Source: Coleofasciculaceae cyanobacterium (GTDB taxonomy: Bacteria; Cyanobacteriota; Cyanobacteriia; Elainellales; Elainellaceae). From it: a stretch of DNA of 32,000 nt. Location of the stretch: positions 1-32,000 of the forward strand of contig DATNPL010000151.1 in assembly GCA_036703255.1 (NCBI GenBank), given 5' to 3'. This document shows positions 1 to 6,839 of the stretch, in pieces; the first letter of the stretch is position 1, and every line of letters starts with the position of its first letter. Both the position numbers and the translations under genes were made by a program. The notes under the pieces were generated by a model. That model did no database searches. It was given only the letters and a program-made list of their open reading frames with translations, and had not been told where the DNA came from.

Positions 1-72
1 GGGTAAGATGTCGAGCAGCAGGGGTTCAAAGATTTCCCATTCTGCATCTGTGAGGTCGCTGGAATAAGGCAT
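1..72 (-). mobile_element. 5' end (first 24 codons) of an IS5-family (DUF4096 / IS4-IS5 type) transposase gene; the element continues past the window start
   Basis: The reverse complement of 1..72 reads ATG CCT TAT TCC AGC GAC CTC ACA GAT GCA GAA TGG GAA ... = MPYSSDLTDAEWEIFEPLLLDILP. The LTDAEWE-I-EPLL N-terminus is typical of IS5/IS1031-group transposases. The IS end itself was not identified; it lies somewhere in 73..133. Confidence 0.6.
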
Positions 73-133
73 GGCATCTCAATGAGGGAAGTTGGAGCAC
101 CTAATTCCTATTCTAAAAGATCTCAAATGGGTT

Positions 134-1074
134 CTATAGAACCTCAGCAATTTGAGAAGCAATTGAATGAACGAACAAACCATGATCCTTTTGATCAACA
201 ATATCTTTGAATGTTATAGCGATATAAATATCGTCGGCATATCTAATGATCTTGTGAGAGTCAACAACATGTTTATAGCTATTCAGTATATCATCAATAA
301 ATAGATCGCCAAAGACTAAATATAAATATCCAAGGAAACTTGAATAATATTGTTTTCTCCTTGAGGTATGCCAGACTTGCCATTTGAGATGAATTGAAAT
401 AAGCAAATAATTTGCTCCCTTGTGAACACGTCATAAGCAAAATTAGCTTGAACACTTGGCTTGATGAAACGACCGAGGAGGTTTAATAATATTGATACTG
501 ATAACTCATTGAAATAATTTTCAATATCAAGCTTTAATACTACCTTACTTGCGTTTCCTAACTTAATTTCGTCTTTGATTTTTGACTTAAACTGCTCATG
601 AAAACTACGATAATATATATTATTCGGATTGATTTCGAGCTTGTTTGATTTGTAGATGAGGCTCCCACCATAAAAAGCTTCAATGCCATCAATTTTTTTG
701 TATGTTTCAATCAAAAATTCTTGCGATAGTTTAAGCAAGTAAAGCCCGACAGAGTAGTATACAGCTCTCATTGGGTAGGTAAAAAATTTATAATCTCTTA
801 GCCCTAGTCCTGGTTTAGGTATGACGTAGGAGAGAACAGAAAACTCTTCCTTTAAACCATAAAAGAGGCTGCTGGATATTTTTATATTGAAATAGTCTTG
901 TGTGGGATGATTGAGACAAGCTATATCTAATTTCTCATAATAAAACATGCTGAGAGTATTAAAGTGCTTGTTATTCATCTTCTGCTTAATTTGAAAATTA
1001 AGCAGATCCAGTGCATCTTGCCATAGGTCAAAGTTTATGAAATACCCAAGTTGTGTTGTGCTACTTTTGGTCAT
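134..1074 (-). pseudogene. Stand-alone (Abi/UG/DRT-like) reverse transcriptase, disrupted by one frameshift and apparently C-terminally truncated
   Basis: ORF 316..1074 carries RT motifs VIPKPGLGLRDY (motif 1/2), KLDIENYFNELS (motif A Asp) and GIPQGE (motif B). The continuation YYSSFLGYLYL...IRYADDIYI (YADD catalytic motif C) is in the other frame, in ORF 134..406. The frame switch must lie in ~349..360 (T4 run 353..356 on the + strand). Only ~30 aa follow YADD before the stop, so there is no thumb or effector domain. The region is visibly AT-rich and lacks HIP1 sites. Confidence 0.7.
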
Positions 1075-1763
1075 TATTTAATTTCAGCAGAAGATTTGTT
1101 TTAATCTAGAGTGCCCATAAAGTAAGCCCTTCTTTACATGCCAATAATCTTTTAGTACTGCTCCCATCAAGGGCTAAGCGGTCTAATAATTATTAGGCTG
1201 AAAGTTTCTGCATAACACCCAGAGAAGGCAGATATACCGAAAGTTTTCGTATAGCACCTTGATTTGGGTATATAGGCAGAATCTTTTCATGTAGTATGTC
1301 GATCAAGGTGGATCGGCAGAATCTTTCCCTACCTTTTCAGTTTTGGTATGGATACGACTCTAGGTTAACCTACACTACCTCTGCAAAAGCTACCCGATCG
1401 CCCCCTAATCCCAAAATACAGATGAACTTGTGCGACAAATGGCTTGACGATCGCCCCCTTCTCCATCTATTGTTATCCGCTAAGGTTGCTTTTCGTGTTC
1501 TGCGCCCAGCAGCCTTAATCCACCCAAAAACCTCTGGCGAGGCATGAAGTAGATTAGGCCCTACAACATACCTCTAACCCCACAGACCGAACGACCCAGT
1601 CCGTAGGGCTTAAGTTAGTTTAGCTTTCTAGCTACACTCCTTGGCGCTACTTGTTCAATCGATCGTGAGTAGCCATGTTTTTGGGGTTCCTTCTCAGCTT
1701 GTGTTTACCGCAAGCGAGAACTCAACAAGTGAACCCAACCAAAACAACAAGGAGAATAGAGTC

Positions 1764-2003
1764 ATGACCGGAGAATTCAATTTCTTCAACCATCCCGCAT
1801 TGCAGCCAGGGGATGAACCCAACCCAGAGCGGGAAGTGATTCGCGTGATTGTTTTTGCCTCCCGTGATGCGGTGAGAGCGACGATTCACGAATCGCATGT
1901 GCGAGGATTTCGGACGATCGATACCTGGAGTCCGCTGCTGCCAACCCCTGACCCGCAGAAGGTAATGGCGATCAGCACCCACTATCGCCCGACAAACGGA
2001 TAG
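1764..2003 (+). CDS. Small hypothetical protein (79 aa)
   Basis: The ATG at 1764 is preceded by AAGGAGAA (1749..1756) at Shine-Dalgarno distance, in frame with track ORF 1641..2003. No recognisable domain. Confidence 0.45.
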   Translation: MTGEFNFFNHPALQPGDEPNPEREVIRVIVFASRDAVRATIHESHVRGFRTIDTWSPLLPTPDPQKVMAISTHYRPTNG

Positions 2004-2062
2004 GGCATGGGTTAAATGGCTGGGGGACTTTGAACAAAACTACGCGCTTCGCATAGGCAAGC

Positions 2063-2131
2063 GAACAAAAGTCCCCTAAAATTGCGGCGTTGGGGAGCCA
2101 ATGCAGAACATTTGACACTTTTCAGACATCC
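2063..2131. repeat. Copy 1 of a ~70-bp dispersed (MITE-like) repeat
   Basis: 2101..2131 atgcagaacatttgacacttttcagacatcc equals the reverse complement of 3553..3583 with 1 mismatch. The adjoining aagtcccctaaaattgcggcgttggggagcc resembles the reverse complement of 3584..3620. Confidence 0.7.
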
Positions 2132-2377
2132 ATTCAGCGCTGGGCAAGCTATTAAGCAATATTGCGTAAACTCTGGCGATCGCCCTCTATTGCCAAATTT
2201 GCGGACTACCCTCTCATTTTCAGATAGAATTGACCACGACTAGACCTGTCCGACGCTGGTTCTCATTATTCGTTTTTTAATATGATTCAAGGTATCACTG
2301 GGCGATCGGCTCGTGCGTTTCCATCTCAGCCGTTAGAGGCACCCTCTGACTCGTCAACCCCTCAGCCAAGCGAGATC

Positions 2378-3040
2378 ATGGTTAGCCTCAAACAGGTGAC
2401 GAAGATCTATACAAACGGCTGTCAGGCTTTGGTCGATGTGAATCTGCAAATTCGTAAAGGAGAATTTCTGTTTATTACAGGGCCTTCTGGTTCAGGCAAA
2501 TCGACCTTGCTCAAACTTTTGTACGGCGAAGAGCAAGCCAATCAGGGAGCGATCGCCGTTAACGGCAACATCATCTCTAATCTGCGAGGCAATCAGCTCT
2601 CGATGCTGCGTCGGCAAATCGGTATCGTGTTTCAAGACTACAAGCTGATTCCTCGCCGCACCGTAGCCGAAAACGTGGCCTTTGTGCTGTGGGCACAAGG
2701 CTTCACCCGCAAAGAAGTGCATCGCCGTTTGCAGCCCGCCCTAAAAATGGTGGGTTTGCAGCATAAGGCCGACTGCTTCCCCGATCAGCTCTCTGGTGGC
2801 GAACAGCAGCGCGTCAGCATTGCCCGTGCTGTAGTCAATACGCCCCCCCTGCTGCTGGCAGACGAGCCGACCGGAAACCTTGACCCAGACAACTCCTGGC
2901 AGGTGATTAAGATCCTCAGAAAGCTAAACGCAATGGGAATTACGGTCGTCGTCACCACCCACGATGAACAGTTGGTCAGACAGTCAAACCATCCCGTCGT
3001 GCAGGTTCACAACGGGCGGCTATACCGCGTTCAGGGCTAA
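2378..3040 (+). CDS. ftsE: Cell-division ABC transporter ATP-binding protein FtsE
   Basis: Walker [13 protein letters not shown] signature [14 protein letters not shown], Walker [13 protein letters not shown] and a ~220-aa length are typical of FtsE. Start chosen at the in-frame ATG 2378 (MVSLKQV...); the track ORF begins at 2282. Confidence 0.85.
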   Translation: MVSLKQVTKIYTNGCQALVDVNLQIRKGEFLFITGPSGSGKSTLLKLLYGEEQANQGAIAVNGNIISNLRGNQLSMLRRQIGIVFQDYKLIPRRTVAENVAFVLWAQGFTRKEVHRRLQPALKMVGLQHKADCFPDQLSGGEQQRVSIARAVVNTPPLLLADEPTGNLDPDNSWQVIKILRKLNAMGITVVVTTHDEQLVRQSNHPVVQVHNGRLYRVQG

Positions 3041-3453
3041 GGCTTTTGCGTCAGCCGATTGCGAATGCTGCCTAGCCGATCGCGGCTGTCTATAGGCGAT
3101 CGCGGCTGGGGCAGTTCGGTGTCCGGCCAAAGCGGCAGATCGGCACAGGCGCAATCTGGCGACTGTAGACCAACCGACAAAATGGGCACGGGCATGTCGC
3201 ACCGCGCACAAGGATAAATGTCCCAGTTGGGCTGTAGTAGCTGGCTGAGCGTCTGGTTAGAGCCTTCCAGATAGCATTTAGCCAGGTCAGATTGCAGAAT
3301 TTGCTCCCAGCATTGCTCAAACTCAGGGCTGTAGCGATCGCCCTGAAGCACTGACTTGGGGAAAATTTCCGCTTCGGCGTTGTCAACTTTCACCTTTTTA
3401 CCCAACTGAAACCAATAGGCTAGATAGCGTTTGACTTGTTCAGGGGAAGCCAT
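3037..3453 (-). CDS. Conserved hypothetical protein (Cys-containing C-terminal half)
   Basis: Long ORF, convergent with ftsE and overlapping its stop. The start is ambiguous: ATG at 3453 (MASPEQVKRY...) or ATG at 3501. No family recognised. Confidence 0.55.
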   Translation of the reverse strand: MASPEQVKRYLAYWFQLGKKVKVDNAEAEIFPKSVLQGDRYSPEFEQCWEQILQSDLAKCYLEGSNQTLSQLLQPNWDIYPCARCDMPVPILSVGLQSPDCACADLPLWPDTELPQPRSPIDSRDRLGSIRNRLTQKP

Positions 3454-3552
3454 AGGAGTTAAGAAACTGAGTTGCAAGGGTGCTGATCTGATCTTAGGCA
3501 TACCTTACGACTTCTGCCCGTTTGAAACCTGTAGCTAAGGTTATGTTTGAGA

Positions 3553-3655
3553 GGATGTCTGAAAAGTGTCAAATATTCTGCATTTGCCCCCAACTTCCCG
3601 ATTTTGGGGGACTTCCGGAACTCAAAGTCTCCCAAAATTGGGGAATTTAGGGAGC
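3553..3655. repeat. Copy 2 (inverted) of the 2063..2131 repeat, with an extra back-to-back sub-copy forming a long imperfect palindrome
   Basis: 3553..3620 is the reverse-complement match to 2063..2131. 3624..3655 (caaagtctcccaaaattggggaatttagggagc) is a forward-orientation copy of the aagtcccctaaaatt...ggggagc sub-repeat, so 3584..3655 can fold on itself. Confidence 0.7.
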
Positions 3656-3783
3656 TTCGAGGCTTAAAACTCAGCATACTGGACTTGTGTCTACACCGTA
3701 GGGAAAGAAGAGTGCAGCCAAAAACAGCAGCGATCGCCCCTCAAAAACAAAGATTGCGATCGCCCACTCCACCAATGCCACTT

Positions 3784-3825
3784 GAAACAGCAGTGTTTCG
3801 GTTTGAAACAGCAGTGTTTCGGTTT
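3784..3825. repeat. Perfect 2 x 21-bp tandem repeat; each unit contains a 6-bp stem hairpin
   Basis: gaaacagcagtgtttcggttt occurs at 3784..3804 and again at 3805..3825. gaaaca/tgtttc are complementary around the loop gcag. The flanking cacttgaaac (3779..3788) and gtttcaagtg (3822..3831) are also complementary. Confidence 0.9.
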
Positions 3826-3828
3826 CAA

Positions 3829-4045
3829 GTGAGACGTTTCTCGTTCTGAACTGCATCATTCAGGCAAAAAGTGCGACATTCCGAGTTCTGAGCTGCATTG
3901 TTTGAGTAAAAAGTGAGATGTTTCTCGTTCTGAACTGCATTGTTCGAGTAAAAAGTGTGGCGTTCCGAGTTCAAAGGCTGACGTTTCATGTTCAAAGCTC
4001 GAAGTGTGACGTTCCGAAGGAAAAGTGTCGCGTTTTGAAGCCGAT
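3829..4045. repeat. Degenerate tandem array: three 42-bp units followed by shorter units sharing the AAAAGTGnGnCnTT core
   Basis: Units start at 3829, 3871 and 3913 (exact 42-bp phase): gtgagacgtttctcgttctgaactgcatcattcaggcaaaaa / gtgcgacattccgagttctgagctgcattgtttgagtaaaaa / gtgagatgtttctcgttctgaactgcattgttcgagtaaaaa. Further AGTGTG(G/A)CGTTCCGA-type cores start at 3955, 4004 and 4025. Confidence 0.85.
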
Positions 4046-4064
4046 CAATCGATCGTAAACCCGT

Positions 4065-4133
4065 AGGGGCGAGGCATTCGGCAGATCCCTTCTCGGTCAA
4101 CCCAGAAATTGACCTCCCGAATGCTTCGCCCTC
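4065..4133. repeat. Nested hairpin element (MITE-like or structured leader) about 70 bp upstream of the 4206 start codon
   Basis: aggggcgaggcattcgg (4065..4081) pairs with ccgaatgcttcgccctc (4117..4133) over ~15 bp with one G-U position. The inner ggtcaa (4095..4100) pairs with ttgacc (4109..4114). Confidence 0.6.
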
Positions 4134-4205
4134 AGCCTGTCATGACGGAATAGATTTGATTGGAGTAAAGTAAAGGCAACAAAGCACAGGATGGGAGTGC
4201 CGTAG

Positions 4206-4694
4206 ATGTCGAGCGATCGCCTGCCCCAAGTAGAGAAGAACCTATATCGTCTGCGAGAGCAGCTACATGGCAAAGAAGATACGCTCACCACGATCGCCCC
4301 CGAAGAAAAAGTGCGAATCAAGCAGCAAATTGCTGATTTGAAAGCTGAGATCAAGCCGCTTGAGCAAGAATATTGGCAGATTTTGGCGGAGCGATCGGCT
4401 GCTGTCTCTGTTGAAGAATCAGAGGCAGAGGTGATTGTGGCAGAGTTGGTGGAGCAGGTCGGACAACTGCAAGCCAGCCAGCAATACCCGCCCGAAATTT
4501 TGCCGCTGTTGCAAAAGATTGTTCAAGAGGTCAACAAGCCCGGAGCGCCTGCCGCCGCCAAGCTCAAGGGAACGCTCTCGCTGCTGCCGCCTTTTGTCAA
4601 TGTGACTTACGAAGCCGAGCTGGATACTGAAAACTTCCTACGAACTCATTTCCCGACCTTTACCCGATGGGCTAAAGCACTGGCAAAAAAGTAG
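4206..4694 (+). CDS. 162-aa protein with a coiled-coil-like N-terminal half; probable N-terminal module of the downstream STAND NTPase
   Basis: ATG at 4206. The heptad-like charged sequence LYRLREQLHGKEDTL...IKQQIADLKAEIKPLEQEY is present. The ORF ends GCA AAA AAG TAG (4683..4694) and the downstream NB-ARC ORF is open in the -1 frame from 4676. Confidence 0.6.
   Translation: MSSDRLPQVEKNLYRLREQLHGKEDTLTTIAPEEKVRIKQQIADLKAEIKPLEQEYWQILAERSAAVSVEESEAEVIVAELVEQVGQLQASQQYPPEILPLLQKIVQEVNKPGAPAAAKLKGTLSLLPPFVNVTYEAELDTENFLRTHFPTFTRWAKALAKK
4685..4691 (+). promoter_or_regulatory. Candidate -1 ribosomal frameshift heptamer A_AAA_AAG (or the site of a 1-nt homopolymer indel)
   Basis: The X_XXY_YYZ heptamer is in the correct phase with the 4206 ORF and sits immediately before its TAG. 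The -1 frame continues GTA GCC TCC ... into the NB-ARC ORF. A possible stem, cctctga (4698..4704) with tcagggg (4720..4726), starts 6 nt downstream. Confidence 0.35.
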
Positions 4695-4762
4695 CCTCCT
4701 CTGATCCGATCGCTTCAGGTCAGGGGATTATTGGACAACCCGCCAGCCGATCGCCCCACAAT

Positions 4763-6553
4763 TTGCCCTACACCGGAGCCACTGAATTTGTCGGGCGAGA
4801 AGCCGACCTACAAAAGCTGCACGATCGCCTCCAAGAATCTAACCTGCTGGCAATTACAGCAATTCAGGGCATGGGCGGCATCGGCAAGACCGAATTGGCG
4901 TTGCAATATGCCTATAGCGCACTGGCGCAAGACCAATATCCGGGGGGGGTGTGCTGGCTGCGATCGCGGGAAGACATCAGCACTCAAATTGTCGGCTTTG
5001 CCAGAGTTCACCTAGACTTATCGCTGCCGACTGAGCTGGATTTGTCGCAGCAGGTCGCCTATTGCTGGAGCCACTGGCGCGAGGGCAAGGCGCTATTGAT
5101 CTGGGATGACGTAACGGACTATGCCGAAGTTCAGCCCTACCTGCCGCCGAGGGGCGATCGCTTCCAGATTTTGCTGACCACGCGGGTCGATCTGGGGGCA
5201 TCGGTGCGGCAGTTGCGGCTGGAGGTGTTGAGGGAAGAAGCGGCGCTAGATTTGCTGAGGGCGATCGTCACACAGGGCGGAGAGGTTGAAGACCTCCGAT
5301 TTCTTGAAGAAATCGGAGGTCTGGAGCGGCAGCTTTGTCAATGGGTGGGCTATTTGCCGTTGGGATTGGAGCTGGTGGGGCGGTATCTGGCGCGCAGGAA
5401 AGAGGTGTCGATCGCCACCCTGCTGCAACGGCTGCAAGAAAAACGGCTGGAGGCAAGGGCGCTGCTGCAAGCCGAACCGGGAATGACGGCATCGCTGGGG
5501 GTGGCGGCGGCGTTTGAGCTGAGTTGGCAAGAGCTAAAGCCGTCGGCAAAAGAGCTAGCCGCATGGCTGAGTTTGTTTGCCCTTGCGCCGATTGCTTGGA
5601 CGCTGGTGCAAGCCTGTTTGCCAGAGTGGGATGAGGAAGATCTGGAGGATGTGCGAGACGAAGAGCTGCTGGGGCTGCATCTGCTGCAACCCTCAGAGGC
5701 AGGCATATACCAACTGCATCAGCTCTTGCGAGAATTCTTTGCGGCAAAGCGGCAGCAAATGCCAGCCGAAGCCGCGATGCAGCAAACCCTGTGTCGGGTG
5801 ATGGTGGCAGAGGCAGAACAAATTCCCCAAACCCCAACGCTAGATCTAATTGCCCAATTCACGCCTCTCATTCCCCATCTAGAAGAAGTGGCAACCGCCC
5901 TCACCGACTGCCTCACAGACGATGACTTGATTACACCCTACACTCGAATTGCCTGGTTTTACGAAGGACAGGCGGCCTATGCTCAGGCGCAACCGTGGTT
6001 GGAACAATGCCGAGCAACCGCCGAAACCCGTCTAGGCAAAACCCATCCCGCTGTGGCAACCAGCCTCAACAATTTGGCATTGCTGTACCAATCCACCGGA
6101 CGCTACAGTGATGCCGAGCCATTGTTGGTGCGATCGCTGCAAATTAATGAGCAACAGTTAGGAGCCGACCATCCCGACACAGCCCAAAGCCTCAACATTT
6201 TGGCAGGGCTGTACAAAGCCACCGGACGCTACAGTGATGCCGAGCCATTGTTGGTGCGATCGCTGCAAATCAGAGAGCAACAGTTAGGAGCCAACCATCC
6301 CGACACAGCCCTCAGCCTCAACAATTTGGCATTGCTGTACGACTCCACCGGACGCTACAGTGATGCCGAGCCTTTGTATCTTCGGGCAGTGGTAATTTTT
6401 CACAATCGACTGGGCGAAACCCATCCCACCTTCCAAACCGTTTGGGGTAATTTCATTGCGTTTCTGAGGCAAGCGATTCAGGCAGGGCAAACCGCGCAGT
6501 TATCCGAGCATCCGATGACACAGGACGTGCTGGAACAACTGAGGCGATCGTAG
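4763..6553 (+). CDS. STAND NTPase: NB-ARC domain plus TPR (kinesin-light-chain-like) repeats
   Basis: NB-ARC features: FVGREADL, P-loop GMGGIGKTELA (nt 4868..), Walker B LLIWDDV, ILLTTR, GYLPLGLELVG (GLPL motif). These are followed by 42-aa TPR units HPDTA-SLNNLALLY-STGRYSDAEPLL-RSLQI-EQQLG. The only in-frame start is TTG 4763 (first ATG-encoded Met is inside the P-loop). The frame is open upstream to 4676. Confidence 0.9.
   Translation: MPYTGATEFVGREADLQKLHDRLQESNLLAITAIQGMGGIGKTELALQYAYSALAQDQYPGGVCWLRSREDISTQIVGFARVHLDLSLPTELDLSQQVAYCWSHWREGKALLIWDDVTDYAEVQPYLPPRGDRFQILLTTRVDLGASVRQLRLEVLREEAALDLLRAIVTQGGEVEDLRFLEEIGGLERQLCQWVGYLPLGLELVGRYLARRKEVSIATLLQRLQEKRLEARALLQAEPGMTASLGVAAAFELSWQELKPSAKELAAWLSLFALAPIAWTLVQACLPEWDEEDLEDVRDEELLGLHLLQPSEAGIYQLHQLLREFFAAKRQQMPAEAAMQQTLCRVMVAEAEQIPQTPTLDLIAQFTPLIPHLEEVATALTDCLTDDDLITPYTRIAWFYEGQAAYAQAQPWLEQCRATAETRLGKTHPAVATSLNNLALLYQSTGRYSDAEPLLVRSLQINEQQLGADHPDTAQSLNILAGLYKATGRYSDAEPLLVRSLQIREQQLGANHPDTALSLNNLALLYDSTGRYSDAEPLYLRAVVIFHNRLGETHPTFQTVWGNFIAFLRQAIQAGQTAQLSEHPMTQDVLEQLRRS
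6043..6420 (+). repeat. Three near-identical 126-bp intragenic repeats (TPR units) within the STAND gene
   Basis: The ccatccc landmark recurs at 6043, 6169, 6295 and 6421 (exact 126-nt period). Long identical runs include caccggacgctacagtgatgccgagccattgttggtgcgatcgctgcaaat. Confidence 0.9.
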
Positions 6554-6633
6554 AGGCAAAGAGTAGTATGGTGGCATAGCCTAAGTCTTAAGCATCAGCT
6601 TAGTAGACATCAACCTGAAGACCGGAGACAATC

Positions 6634-6834
6634 ATGTCTGAGCTAACATTGGATCAAAATCAACTCAAAGCGATCGTCAAAGTTGCCCTGCTTGAGCTGT
6701 TTCAAGAAAATCGTAGTGCCTTTACCGAGCTGATTGCAGAAGCGATCGAAGAGATTGGGCTAGAACGAGCGATTGTAGAAGGCGAAGCTACCGAACCAGC
6801 TAGCCGAGCCGATATCTTCAAACTGCTGGAGTAG
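6634..6834 (+). CDS. Putative antitoxin of TA cassette 1 (66 aa, acidic)
   Basis: GGAGA lies 6 nt upstream of the ATG. The stop is 5 nt before the GTG of the RelE/ParE toxin gene. The call rests on small size, acidity and position; no family recognised. Confidence 0.6.
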   Translation: MSELTLDQNQLKAIVKVALLELFQENRSAFTELIAEAIEEIGLERAIVEGEATEPASRADIFKLLE

Positions 6835-6839
6835 CAAGC

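Noticed and set aside
134-1300. Calling the RT a retron (msr/msd + RT)
   Set aside because: I could not identify the flanking a1/a2 inverted repeats or a conserved branching G context in the upstream region. The ~85-aa N-terminal extension is atypical for retron RTs, and the region after YADD, where the retron VTG motif would sit, is truncated. It is left as an unclassified Abi/UG-like RT.
1296-1547. 83-aa plus-strand ORF at the edge of the AT-rich islet
   Set aside because: It straddles the compositional boundary, has no RBS and no motifs, and its composition looks non-coding.
3829-4045. Possible CRISPR array
   Set aside because: The repeat units abut one another without unique spacers. 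The units are degenerate and decay in length, and no cas genes or leader are nearby. It is a tandem minisatellite-like array, not CRISPR.
3459-4354. Track ORFs 3459..3677(-), 3547..3849(+), 3671..3859(-), 3825..4100(-), 4097..4354(-)
   Set aside because: All run through MITE-like and tandem repeats. Their sequences are repeat-derived (for example ETAVFRFETAVFRF), they overlap each other on both strands, and they lack plausible starts or RBS.
4808-5916. Multiple antisense or alternative-frame ORFs inside the NB-ARC gene (e.g. 5268..5837(-), 5350..5706(-), 4731..5015(+), 5335..5517(+))
   Set aside because: The sense frame carries a complete, ordered NB-ARC motif set. The others are Ala/Pro/Arg/Ser-rich shadow ORFs, typical of the opposite strand of GC-richer coding DNA.
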